From assembly GCA_041641775.1 (NCBI GenBank), contig JBEPXR010000006.1, positions 1-33,943 on the forward strand: 33,943 nucleotides of DNA. The letters are read 5' to 3'. The notes under the pieces are model-generated. The model saw only the letters and a program-made list of their open reading frames with translations, was not told the origin of the DNA and ran no database searches. Positions 1 through 8,347 of this stretch are shown one piece after another; position 1 is the first letter of the stretch, and every line of letters starts with the position of its first letter. This DNA comes from Desulfobia sp. (GTDB taxonomy: Bacteria > Desulfobacterota > Desulfobulbia > Desulfobulbales > SURF-16). A program made the position numbers and the translations under genes.

Positions 1-171
1 AGACAGGCAGCTGATATGACTGCTGCTATTTTTGATGGGAGAAAGACAATCAGGGAAACGATTCCGCGGCCCAGTAAACAGATCGCCTTTATCAATCTGG
101 AAGCGGCCGAGCACCTGGGCATTCCTGTCCATTTCAGAGCCCTTGAGACTGTTGATCTGGTAGTTCAATGA
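1..171 (+). CDS. ABC-transporter-type periplasmic substrate-binding protein, C-terminal fragment (5' end outside window)
   Basis: Frame 1 is open from the window edge to TGA at 169-171. It translates to RQAADMTAAIFDGRKTIRETIPRPSKQIAFINLEAAEHLGIPVHFRALETVDLVVQ. The tail (INLxxAxxLGIxVP...) resembles the C-terminus of the ABC_sub_bind/COG2984 family, from memory. It lies 12 nt upstream of a sensor kinase. Confidence 0.45.
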   Translation, partial: RQAADMTAAIFDGRKTIRETIPRPSKQIAFINLEAAEHLGIPVHFRALETVDLVVQ

Positions 172-183
172 TCGTGATACCGA

Positions 184-2562
184 ATGGCTGAAGCACCTCT
201 CCTGCATATTAAGTCAGTCAGGAGTATTTTCCTGATCCTGATGGCAGCCCTGATCCTCACCATCTCCCTACCCCTACTTTTTTCGGGAATAAGCCTGATG
301 AACAGGCTTACCTATCAACTCGGCACCGAAATACTGACCCAGAGACTTGACGCCCTGATCAACCCTGTTGACAGAAATTATCAGAAGCTTCAGCGGATTG
401 GCCTGGAAGACAGTTTTATCCATCGCCGCCAGATCAGGGAAATGGCCCTTGAACGGTTCGCCGGATATACCTACAAGAAAAGTGGGGCTGTTTATGTAAT
501 CAAAAAAGAGGGGACCACCGTTCTTCCCCGTAATGACCGATCAAATGAAGAGACAGAATTCCCGGCTCGGAAAGAGAGCAGGATGGTGCTTCTCGAAAAG
601 ATGTCGGATCGGGAAGAAGGGATAGTGGAATATACCAAAGCCGACAAAAAAAGACTGGCCGCTTACCGGTTCTATGAACCCTGGCAGAGTTATGTCGGAT
701 TGGGGATTGACAAGGATGAGCTTTTCGCTGCCCGGAACGTTTTCATAAAGCTGAATGCCATGGTCCTGATAGTCGTGGTAATCTTTGCCATCCTAGCCAT
801 GCTTACGCTCAACACCATCATCATAAACCCCTTGATCCAGCTGGCAGGCTATTCCCGAAAAGTGGCAGCCGGCAATTATAATGCCTCTCTGACCGGTAAT
901 TTTTTTCTGGAATTCGGTGATCTCAAAGCCGCGGTTGAACATATGATAACCAATCTCAGGCAGAAGATGGCAGAGACTTCAAACCAGCTTGAAATTATAA
1001 GTAAAAGAGAGAGGGAACGCAGGGAGGCGGAAAAAAAACTGGCAGCCGAACAGCAGCGACTTCTTGTTACCCTGCGAAGCATAGGGGACGGGGTAATTAC
1101 GACCGATACGCATGGAATAATCACCATGCTTAACTATGCCGGAGAGGAGATAACCGGCTGGAAACAGCATGAAGCAGCAGGTCAATCGCTTGCCATGATA
1201 TTTAATATTGTCCATGAAAAAACCGGTGAAACCTGCGTCAATCCGGTAGACCAGGTAATGGAGACAGGGAAAATTGTTGAACTGGCCAATCACACCGTCC
1301 TTATCTGCAGGGACGGGACCCGGAAAAGCATAGCTGACAGCGGGGCACCCATCCTTGACAACGAAGGAAATATTATAGGAGTAGTTCTGGTTTTCCGTGA
1401 CGTAACCGAGAAGATGCGGTTTCAGGAACACCTGCGCAAGGCGGAGAAGCTGGAAAGCCTCGGGGTACTGGCCGGCGGAATTGCCCATGATTTCAATAAT
1501 ATTCTGGCAGCTGTCCTGGGGAATCTGAGTCTGGTCCTCGATGATGTAGAAAGTAACAATGAGCTTGTGCAGCATATTGATAAAGCCTACAGAGCCACGG
1601 AGCGCGCCAAGGGGCTTACCCATCAGCTTCTTACTTTTTCCAAGGGCGGCGAGCCTGTGACAGAGACCTCATCTCTGGCAAAGATTGTCGAAGACTCAGC
1701 GAGCTTTGTTCTCCTGGGCAGTAACGTGAAATGCACCACCATGATACCTGAAGACCTCTGGCTGGTGGAAATCGACCGGGACCAGATAAGTCAGGTCATT
1801 CAGAATATAGTGATCAACAGTGACCAGGCCATGCCCCAAGGGGGGGAGATCACCATCAGCTGCGCCAATATGGAGGCTGAGGCATGCCAGACTCTAGCGC
1901 TGTCTGACCAGAAACACGTTCTTATTGCCATCAGTGACAACGGTCCCGGAATCTCCCCCTCCGTCCTGAGCAGAATCTTTGATCCCTTTTTTACCACCAA
2001 GGAGAAGGGCAGCGGCCTGGGTCTGGCCATATGCCACTCCATAATAGAAAAACATAACGGCCAGTTGGACGTTTCCTCGGAGACGGGGACAGGGACAACA
2101 TTCAACATCTATTTACCCGCTTCGCCCCAAGCCATCCCTCCCTCCCTTGAAGACGAGAAGGCAGTTGAGGAGAAAACCGGAACGGGACGGGTCATGATTA
2201 TGGATGATGAGGAGATGGTCAGAAATCTTGCTGAAAAAATTCTTCTCAAATACGGCTTTGAAGTTGTATCGGTTTCTGACGGCTGGCAGGCTCTCAATGA
2301 ATATCATAAGGCCAGAGATGAGAATCGTCCCATAGATCTGGTCATTATGGATCTGACCATACCTGGAGGGATGGGAGGGAAGGAGACGATCAGAAGACTT
2401 CTGGAAATTGATCCTCAAGCCCGTGCTTTAGTAGCCAGCGGCTATTCCAATGACCCGATCATGGCCAATTATCTTGATTACGGGTTCAGGGCTGTTATCA
2501 GCAAGCCGTACACGATTACTGAACTGGTCAGGGTAGTGAGGAAAGTTTTGAGGGAAAGCTAA
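184..2562 (+). CDS. hybrid sensor histidine kinase / response regulator (periplasmic sensor, HAMP, PAS, HisKA, HATPase_c, REC)
   Basis: 792-aa ORF. Two TM helices flank a periplasmic segment of about 180 aa, followed by a coiled coil and a PAS-like block (LRSIGDGVITTD...FRDVTE). Kinase motifs: H-box GGIAHDFNNIL, N-box QNIVINSDQAM, G1 DNGPGI, G2 GSGLGL. C-terminal receiver: MIMDDEE...VIMDLTIPGGMGG...KPYT. Confidence 0.9.
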   Translation: MAEAPLLHIKSVRSIFLILMAALILTISLPLLFSGISLMNRLTYQLGTEILTQRLDALINPVDRNYQKLQRIGLEDSFIHRRQIREMALERFAGYTYKKSGAVYVIKKEGTTVLPRNDRSNEETEFPARKESRMVLLEKMSDREEGIVEYTKADKKRLAAYRFYEPWQSYVGLGIDKDELFAARNVFIKLNAMVLIVVVIFAILAMLTLNTIIINPLIQLAGYSRKVAAGNYNASLTGNFFLEFGDLKAAVEHMITNLRQKMAETSNQLEIISKRERERREAEKKLAAEQQRLLVTLRSIGDGVITTDTHGIITMLNYAGEEITGWKQHEAAGQSLAMIFNIVHEKTGETCVNPVDQVMETGKIVELANHTVLICRDGTRKSIADSGAPILDNEGNIIGVVLVFRDVTEKMRFQEHLRKAEKLESLGVLAGGIAHDFNNILAAVLGNLSLVLDDVESNNELVQHIDKAYRATERAKGLTHQLLTFSKGGEPVTETSSLAKIVEDSASFVLLGSNVKCTTMIPEDLWLVEIDRDQISQVIQNIVINSDQAMPQGGEITISCANMEAEACQTLALSDQKHVLIAISDNGPGISPSVLSRIFDPFFTTKEKGSGLGLAICHSIIEKHNGQLDVSSETGTGTTFNIYLPASPQAIPPSLEDEKAVEEKTGTGRVMIMDDEEMVRNLAEKILLKYGFEVVSVSDGWQALNEYHKARDENRPIDLVIMDLTIPGGMGGKETIRRLLEIDPQARALVASGYSNDPIMANYLDYGFRAVISKPYTITELVRVVRKVLRES

Positions 2563-2599
2563 CCTTACAGTAATTTCAGGAAATCAACGGGAGGAGAGA

Positions 2600-3583
2600 A
2601 TGAAAAACGGTATAACCAAGATCTTTTTTTACTTAGCTGCGATCACTCTTTTGCTCGGCTGTTTCTGGCAGCCGGTGCTGGCCGGCGGTGGTCAGAGTTA
2701 TCCCAACGGGGCCGAAGGTTTTTTGAGCGGAGCCGTGCCACCTCCCGGTTTCTACTACCTCAACTATTCCTACCATTACAATGCCGACACAATGAAGGAT
2801 GATAATGGTGATGACATAACGGCATTTGACGAAATAAATGTATGGGCCAATGTTTCGAGATTTATCTGGATGACAAAGAAAAACGTCTTAGGAGGCAATT
2901 ACGGACAGCATCTCTTTGTGCCATACATCGGTGTTGACCTTGACTTCAACGTGCCTGCAGGGCCTGCCGGAAAACGTAGTTACGATGATGCCGACCTCCC
3001 CTTCCTGATCTACAGCCCTTTTCTTGTAGCGTACCATCTGCAGCAGGGGAGACTCCACATCGCATTTTCAGCTGTTGATCTCTTTATCCCCACTGGCCAG
3101 GACGACGAAAATCTGGCCGGTATCGGCCGTAACTTCTGGACCTTTGAACCGGTGGTAGCCCTGACCTACATGTTCGGTGAAGGGTGGGCGGTATCGGGCA
3201 AATTTATGTATGATTTTAATACTGAGCAGGAGGATTATCCAACCATCTATGGATTTGAAGTAGATCGTACGCCGGGCCAGGAATTTCACGTGGACTATTC
3301 AGCCTCTTATGCCATCAATAAAGGGTTTCGACTTGGCGTAAGCGGGTACTACTACACCCAGACCACTGATGACGATTATGACCTGGACAATTCCATTCCG
3401 GCTCCGGTCAGGAGTCTCCTGAAAGCGGATGAAGGCAAACACAGCCGGGTATTGGCCCTGGGCCCGGGTATCTGGTATAACTACAAAAACATGTTCTTTT
3501 CTCTGCGCAGTCAGTTTGAAATGGAAGCGGAAAACAAAACCGAAGGAGACAACATTTGGTTTAAGTTCACCTATGCCTTCTGA
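2600..3583 (+). CDS. outer-membrane transporter, MetA-pathway-of-phenol-degradation-like beta-barrel family
   Basis: 327-aa ORF with SD GGAGGAG just upstream and a signal peptide (LLLGCFWQPVLA-GG). The N-terminal motif SYPNGAEGFLSGAVPPPGFYYLNY and the aromatic C-terminal residue (YAF) are typical of Pfam PF13557-type proteins (recalled, not searched). Confidence 0.7.
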   Translation: MKNGITKIFFYLAAITLLLGCFWQPVLAGGGQSYPNGAEGFLSGAVPPPGFYYLNYSYHYNADTMKDDNGDDITAFDEINVWANVSRFIWMTKKNVLGGNYGQHLFVPYIGVDLDFNVPAGPAGKRSYDDADLPFLIYSPFLVAYHLQQGRLHIAFSAVDLFIPTGQDDENLAGIGRNFWTFEPVVALTYMFGEGWAVSGKFMYDFNTEQEDYPTIYGFEVDRTPGQEFHVDYSASYAINKGFRLGVSGYYYTQTTDDDYDLDNSIPAPVRSLLKADEGKHSRVLALGPGIWYNYKNMFFSLRSQFEMEAENKTEGDNIWFKFTYAF

Positions 3584-3618
3584 AAAAACAGAACTCGACT
3601 GACCAACTATCTCTTTTG

Positions 3619-3641
3619 AATCCCCGATGCTACGGGATTTT
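3619..3641 (+). terminator. candidate intrinsic terminator after the OM transporter gene (weak)
   Basis: Hairpin AATCCC (3619-3624) / GGGATT (3634-3639) with a 9-nt loop, running into TTTT (3638-3641). It sits in the 56-bp convergent gap before the rapZ stop. The stem is short and the U-tract is short. Confidence 0.3.
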
Positions 3642-4494
3642 ACTCCCGGTCCATGTCACGGTGGGCGATGGTGAGATTATTGAAGTGGCGGGAGAGGAAA
3701 CTGTGCAGCTCTTCGGTTACCGCCACTGAACGGTGGCGCCCCCCGGTGCAACCCAGAGCTATGGTCAACTGGGCTTTACCGGACTGCTGATACCTGGGGA
3801 GCAGATCCATCAGCAATGACTCGAGCCGGTCCAGAAAGTAGGCGGCACTTTCATTGCCGAGGACGTATTCTGCAACTTCGGGCTGTTGACCGGTATATGA
3901 TCTCAAGCGTTCCTGGTAATGGGGATTGGGAAGGAAGCGGACATCCCATATAATATCAGCTTCCGGCGGTATTCCGTGTTTGTAGCCGAACGAAACGAGG
4001 TTGATCTTCAAGTCTCCAGGCAGGCAGTCTCCTTTCAGGTAGTCAGCCAGCCGCCGCTGAAGTTGCAGAGGGGACAAGTTGCTGGTGTTGATTACCAGGT
4101 CCGCGATATCCTTGACTGGAGCCAGCCTCCTTTTTTCCTGAGCTATGGCATCCTGGAGGGAGTTCTTCTGCCCTAAAGGATGTCTGCGGCGGTGCTCACT
4201 GAATCTTTTAATCAGGCTTATCTCATCCGCCTCAAGAAAGATAATCTCCATGGAATACTTCTCCTTGTACTCCATTAATCGATGGGCTGGTGGTGGAAAT
4301 TCCGGATCACGGCAGTCTACAACAATGGCCAGACTGTTTTCGGCAAAACTACCCGACTCGCTCTCGGCAAGCAATTTATCCAGGAGAAAAAAGGGGAAAT
4401 TATCGATGGCAAAATAACCGCGGTCCTCCAGGGCATCCAGAGCTGTATTGGAGCCGGCGCCGGCCAGGCCGCTGATGATTATTTTTTTTGACAT
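3640..4494 (-). CDS. rapZ: RNase adapter protein RapZ (YhbJ family) with atypical P-loop
   Basis: 284 aa. The N-terminus IIISGLAGAGSNTALDALEDRGYFAIDNFP aligns to the RapZ N-terminal kinase-like domain. The C-terminal signature GCTGGRHRSV is present. It follows ptsN, as in the E. coli rpoN operon. Confidence 0.88.
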   Translation of the reverse strand: MSKKIIISGLAGAGSNTALDALEDRGYFAIDNFPFFLLDKLLAESESGSFAENSLAIVVDCRDPEFPPPAHRLMEYKEKYSMEIIFLEADEISLIKRFSEHRRRHPLGQKNSLQDAIAQEKRRLAPVKDIADLVINTSNLSPLQLQRRLADYLKGDCLPGDLKINLVSFGYKHGIPPEADIIWDVRFLPNPHYQERLRSYTGQQPEVAEYVLGNESAAYFLDRLESLLMDLLPRYQQSGKAQLTIALGCTGGRHRSVAVTEELHSFLSRHFNNLTIAHRDMDRE

Positions 4495-4587
4495 TTGATT
4501 GAACTCACTGCTGGATTGCCGGGGAAATGTCCCTTGCCTTCCCTTGTCTTTATCTTTGCAGGGAATGGCACCGGCCGAAAAAACTGA

Positions 4588-5040
4588 TCAATACTTCTCG
4601 GCTTCGCTGATTATTTCTCTGATTTCTCCAGCTGTGCGGGCTTTGAGAAGACGTTTTTTTATCTCGGCGTCCTTCAGAAAGCGGGCTATCTGTCCCAGAC
4701 TCTGCAGGTAAGACCAGGGGTAAGCCTCTGGTGCCAGAACCAGAAAAAAGATATGAGTGGGCTTACCGTTATAAGCCCCGAAAGACAGGCCTTCTCTGCT
4801 TAAAGCGAAAAAAAATTCCGTGGTATTCAGAATAGACAGGTGACCGTGGGGAATGGCCACCCCGTTGCTGATACCGGTTGAGCCCAGTTTCTCACGCTGC
4901 TGCAGAGCCTGAAAAACCGCCTCTCTGGCAAGTCCGGGGCAGACCTTCTCCACCCGCTCAGCCAGCTCCTTCAAAACACCGTCCCTGGAAAGGGAATGCA
5001 GGGACAGAATGATCCTGTCTTCTGTCAAGAAGTACGCCAT
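4588..5040 (-). CDS. ptsN: PTS IIA-like nitrogen regulatory protein (EIIA-Ntr)
   Basis: 150 aa with the EIIA fructose/Ntr-type fold signature GVAIPHG (phospho-His). It lies downstream of rpoN. Confidence 0.85.
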   Translation of the reverse strand: MAYFLTEDRIILSLHSLSRDGVLKELAERVEKVCPGLAREAVFQALQQREKLGSTGISNGVAIPHGHLSILNTTEFFFALSREGLSFGAYNGKPTHIFFLVLAPEAYPWSYLQSLGQIARFLKDAEIKKRLLKARTAGEIREIISEAEKY

Positions 5041-5201
5041 ATAGGAATATGAAGAGTAGCAGAGGAGAAAATGTGGATGGCAGAATTCATAAATCCCCAG
5101 TCAAGCTATCTGATACAGCTGTAATTCTTTTCAGAATTGCGGACTTCCCGCCACCTTAAGACCCCACCCTCAAACCAGGCATTGAGTGAATTGAGCATTG
5201 C

Positions 5202-6656
5202 TTACCTTTTGGGCTTTTTCCTGTACTTTGAAGAGAGCATGCCCATTTGTTCGCGATATTTGGCCACAGTCCTCCGGGCCACCTTTATCCCCTGCTCCTC
5301 GAAGATCTCTGAAATAGCTTGATCGCTTAAAGGTTTATCAGGGTCTTCGTCATGCAGCAGCGAGCGTATGCGTTCTTTGATGCTTGTGGATGAAAGGTCT
5401 TCACTGCCTCTTTTTTTAATGGCCGAAGAGAAGAAGTATTTTAACTCAAATGTCCCCTGGGGGGTATGCACATACTTGTTGGTCGTCACCCGGCTTATCG
5501 TGGATTCATGCATGTTGATGTCTTCGGCAATATCTCTGAGGACCATGGGCTTGAGGGCTCCAACTCCGTGCTCAAGGAAATCACGCTGGTACTTGATTAT
5601 ACTTTCCACTACCTGGTAAATGGTCCTCTGCCTCTGCTGAATGCTTTTTATCAGCCAGGAAGCTGATTGCAGTTTTTCCTTGATATATTCCTTGGCTGCA
5701 TCAGAGGCGTCCTGACGGCCCTTCAAAAGCTCACGGTAGTATGAACTGACTTTCAGCTTGGGCAATCCCTCGTCATTAAGAATGATGACATACTCGTCAC
5801 CTATTTTCTGAATATAGACATCAGGAATAATATAATGAGGCTCTTCGTCGGAAAATGCCCTGCCCGGATGAGGATCCAGATCGAGTATGATGTTGACCGC
5901 AGTGACCACATTATCCATGGACTCCTTGGTTGCCCTGGCAATTGCACTGTAGTTTTTGGTTTCCAGATATCTCAGGTGATCCTTGACTATTCGATACGGG
6001 AGCGAATCCTCCAGGTTGAGCCTTCTCAACTGGAGAAGCAGGGATTCCTTGACATTCCTGGCGGCCACACCGGGGGGATCCATCTCCTGGATGAGTGCGA
6101 CCATTTTTTGGGCTGTGGATTGATCACAACCGATGGCCTCTTCAATTTCCCCTTCCTCCACTTCCAGAAAACCATTGTTATCCAGATTGCCCAGAATATA
6201 CAGACCTACTTCCAACTCATCTTCATTGATATCAGCATGACTGAGCTGCCAGTGGAGATGGCTGCCCAGATTGGGTTTTTTACTGATGATGTCGAGCCGT
6301 GAGGGTTCGTCCCCGGTCTCCTTCTGTCTGCCGTAACCACCACTTCCTTCGTACTCGTTTACATAATCAGCCCAGTTGATTTCCGAAACATGACTCTTTT
6401 CCAGATTCATGGTATCGGTGTGCTCAGGGACGCCCCCCTCTTCCTGCCCTCCTGTCTCGCCCTCATCACGGCCCTGCGGGGTTTCCTGATCCTGGACTGC
6501 TTCCTCCAATACAGGATTCTGTTCTATTTCCTGTTGAACAGACTCTACAAGTTCCAGCCGGGAAAGCTGAAGCAGTTTAATAGCCTGCTGCAGCTGGGGA
6601 GTCATCACCAGCTGCTGAGTCAGCTTTACGTCTTGCTTTAATTCCAGAAAAGACAT
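5202..6656 (-). CDS. rpoN: RNA polymerase sigma-54 factor
   Basis: 484 aa. Region I is LKQDVKLTQQLVMTPQLQQAIKLLQLSRLEL, followed by an acidic region II. The C-terminal HTH and RpoN box ARRTVAKYR are present. Confidence 0.96.
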   Translation of the reverse strand: MSFLELKQDVKLTQQLVMTPQLQQAIKLLQLSRLELVESVQQEIEQNPVLEEAVQDQETPQGRDEGETGGQEEGGVPEHTDTMNLEKSHVSEINWADYVNEYEGSGGYGRQKETGDEPSRLDIISKKPNLGSHLHWQLSHADINEDELEVGLYILGNLDNNGFLEVEEGEIEEAIGCDQSTAQKMVALIQEMDPPGVAARNVKESLLLQLRRLNLEDSLPYRIVKDHLRYLETKNYSAIARATKESMDNVVTAVNIILDLDPHPGRAFSDEEPHYIIPDVYIQKIGDEYVIILNDEGLPKLKVSSYYRELLKGRQDASDAAKEYIKEKLQSASWLIKSIQQRQRTIYQVVESIIKYQRDFLEHGVGALKPMVLRDIAEDINMHESTISRVTTNKYVHTPQGTFELKYFFSSAIKKRGSEDLSSTSIKERIRSLLHDEDPDKPLSDQAISEIFEEQGIKVARRTVAKYREQMGMLSSKYRKKPKR

Positions 6657-6661
6657 AGTAA

Positions 6662-7378
6662 TTACATCCTGAAATTCCTTCCGAGATACATCTCTTTCAC
6701 CCTTTCAGATTGGATAATTTCTTCCGGTTCCCCGCTTGCCAAAACCTGTCCGCTATCCACAATATAGGCATAGTCACATACTGTAAGAGTCTCACGAACA
6801 TTATGATCCGAAATAATAACTCCGAGTCCCTGTTCTTTCAATTCTATTATTATAGCCTGCAGGTCGGCGACTGAAAGGGGATCTATTCCGGCAAATGGCT
6901 CATCAAGTAAAATATACCGGGGATTGGTCGACAATGCCCGCATTATTTCCACCCGCCGTCTTTCGCCGCCGGAGAGACCGCTCCCTTTATTGCAGGCCAG
7001 ATGCCCGAGTTTGAGGCTGGTCATAAGACGGTCTGTCCTGTTGTGGATTTCCTGTCTGGACAGACCAAGCGATTCCAGGACGATCCGGACATTTTCTTCA
7101 ACCGTCAGTTTTCGGAAGACCGTGGGTTCCTGAGCCAGGTAGGATATTCCTTTTCTGGCCCTTTTATGAACCGGCAACCTGGTAATATCTTCATTTTCCA
7201 GCAAAATATTCCCTTTCTCAGGTCTGACAAATCCGGCTATGGAGTAGAAGGAGGTTGTCTTACCTGCGCCATTGGGCCCCAGAAGACCTATTATCTTTCC
7301 CTTCTGGGCTGTTATGCTTATACCGGCAACGACACACCGGCCGCGGTAGGACTTAATAAGATTTCTTGCTTCAAGCAC
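6662..7378 (-). CDS. lptB: LPS export ABC transporter ATP-binding protein
   Basis: 238 aa. Walker A GPNGAGKTT, ABC signature LSGGERRR, Walker B ILLDEPFAG. It sits between the lptA-like gene and rpoN, 5 nt from the rpoN start. Confidence 0.9.
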   Translation of the reverse strand: MLEARNLIKSYRGRCVVAGISITAQKGKIIGLLGPNGAGKTTSFYSIAGFVRPEKGNILLENEDITRLPVHKRARKGISYLAQEPTVFRKLTVEENVRIVLESLGLSRQEIHNRTDRLMTSLKLGHLACNKGSGLSGGERRRVEIMRALSTNPRYILLDEPFAGIDPLSVADLQAIIIELKEQGLGVIISDHNVRETLTVCDYAYIVDSGQVLASGEPEEIIQSERVKEMYLGRNFRM

Positions 7379-7386
7379 AGGTATTC

Positions 7387-7977
7387 CTATTCTTCTTCCG
7401 GATAAAAAAAAGCCTTGACCCGCTGTCCCTCCTTGGCCCCCGATTCAAAGACAGTTGTACCCCTGGCAAGGTCAAACACGACCCTCTCCCCCTGGACCAG
7501 ATTATCCTTGTGCCAGACCCGGGCGTTATTTATGATGAAGATCTTTTCCTCTTCGAGGGCAAATATAACCTTGTCGCCTGAGGCAGTCAGATCATCACGG
7601 CTTATCCTGACGTTACCGGTGGCTACAATCTTTTCTATCTGCTGGCCCTGCCCGGCTTTGGAGCGAGACTCCTCTCCCTGGCCTTCTTCTCTGTGGTTAA
7701 CCGTCATTTTCTCCGAATTAATGGTCAGCGAACCTTGAATCGCTACAACATTACCTGTGAATACCACCGTATTCCTCTGTTGGTCGGAAAACATACGGTC
7801 GGCCTCGATGTGCACAGGCTGAGACTTGATCCACTCGTTCTTATCATCTTGCATCTGATCATGTTCTCTGTCTGCGGCTCGGGCAGGAAACCCAGAATGC
7901 ACTACCAGGCTCGAAAGCAGGGTGAACAGAAGCAATAGGCGGACATCGTTGAAAAAAAATTTCATCAGGACACTCAT
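7387..7977 (-). CDS. lptA: LptA/OstA-family periplasmic LPS transport protein
   Basis: 196 aa. Signal peptide (LLLLFTLLSSLVV...ARA-AD) and OstA_N-like repeated strands (NTVVFTGNVVAIQG, IVATGNVRISR, VIFALEEEKIFII). It ends 8 nt upstream of lptB. The exact start is uncertain (ATG 7977 or 7965). Confidence 0.72.
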   Translation of the reverse strand: MSVLMKFFFNDVRLLLLFTLLSSLVVHSGFPARAADREHDQMQDDKNEWIKSQPVHIEADRMFSDQQRNTVVFTGNVVAIQGSLTINSEKMTVNHREEGQGEESRSKAGQGQQIEKIVATGNVRISRDDLTASGDKVIFALEEEKIFIINNARVWHKDNLVQGERVVFDLARGTTVFESGAKEGQRVKAFFYPEEE

Positions 7978-8347
7978 TATATGTACATTCCGAGTACTCG
8001 CTCTCCCCCCTGTATCAACCCCGGAACAGGAGGTTCCTTATACTATCAAACATAGCGACAGAAGCTGATAAAGTAAAGAAAAAGGCCAATACACTTTTTT
8101 ACTTTTTTTGTTAATTCAAGGGGGTGCCGCAATGCACAGCGAGGGGTCGGACCATGATGTGGACGGCCCCGACTTCGCCCTGCCTTTTTCCTTTGCCTCC
8201 TGTTCCCTTATGAGTTACAACTATTTCCGTAATTAAAGAGAGTCAGAAAGCAATCCATGGCAGAATCTGCATTTCCTTGGACCTCTCGGTGACTGAGGAT
8301 GCTTTCTGCAGATCCTGAAACCCGGCAACTAAAACTGGATAAAAAGA

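Noticed and set aside
979-1623. A 214-aa antisense ORF inside the histidine kinase. Similar long shadows lie at 27453-28088 (hemA), 13649-14191 (argH), 24480-25049 (yidC), 9655-10134 (argD), 5835-6302 (rpoN), 28925-29398 (sirC) and 29515-30003 (MBL).
   Set aside because: I checked the coordinate arithmetic for each. All sit in the codon-registered antisense frame of a well-supported gene. This reflects scarcity of TTA/CTA/TCA codons, not overlapping genes.
8258-8272. A sigma-54-like promoter TGGCAG...TGCAT upstream of argB.
   Set aside because: The GG and GC dinucleotides are separated by 8 nt rather than the required 10 (TGGCAC-N5-TTGC), so it should not bind sigma-54 holoenzyme.
8327-8341. 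A DnaA-box-like TTATCCAGT (reverse strand) near argB, considered because rpmH/yidC regions often neighbour oriC.
   Set aside because: It is a single 7/9 match with no cluster and no AT-rich unwinding element. There is no evidence for an origin in this window.
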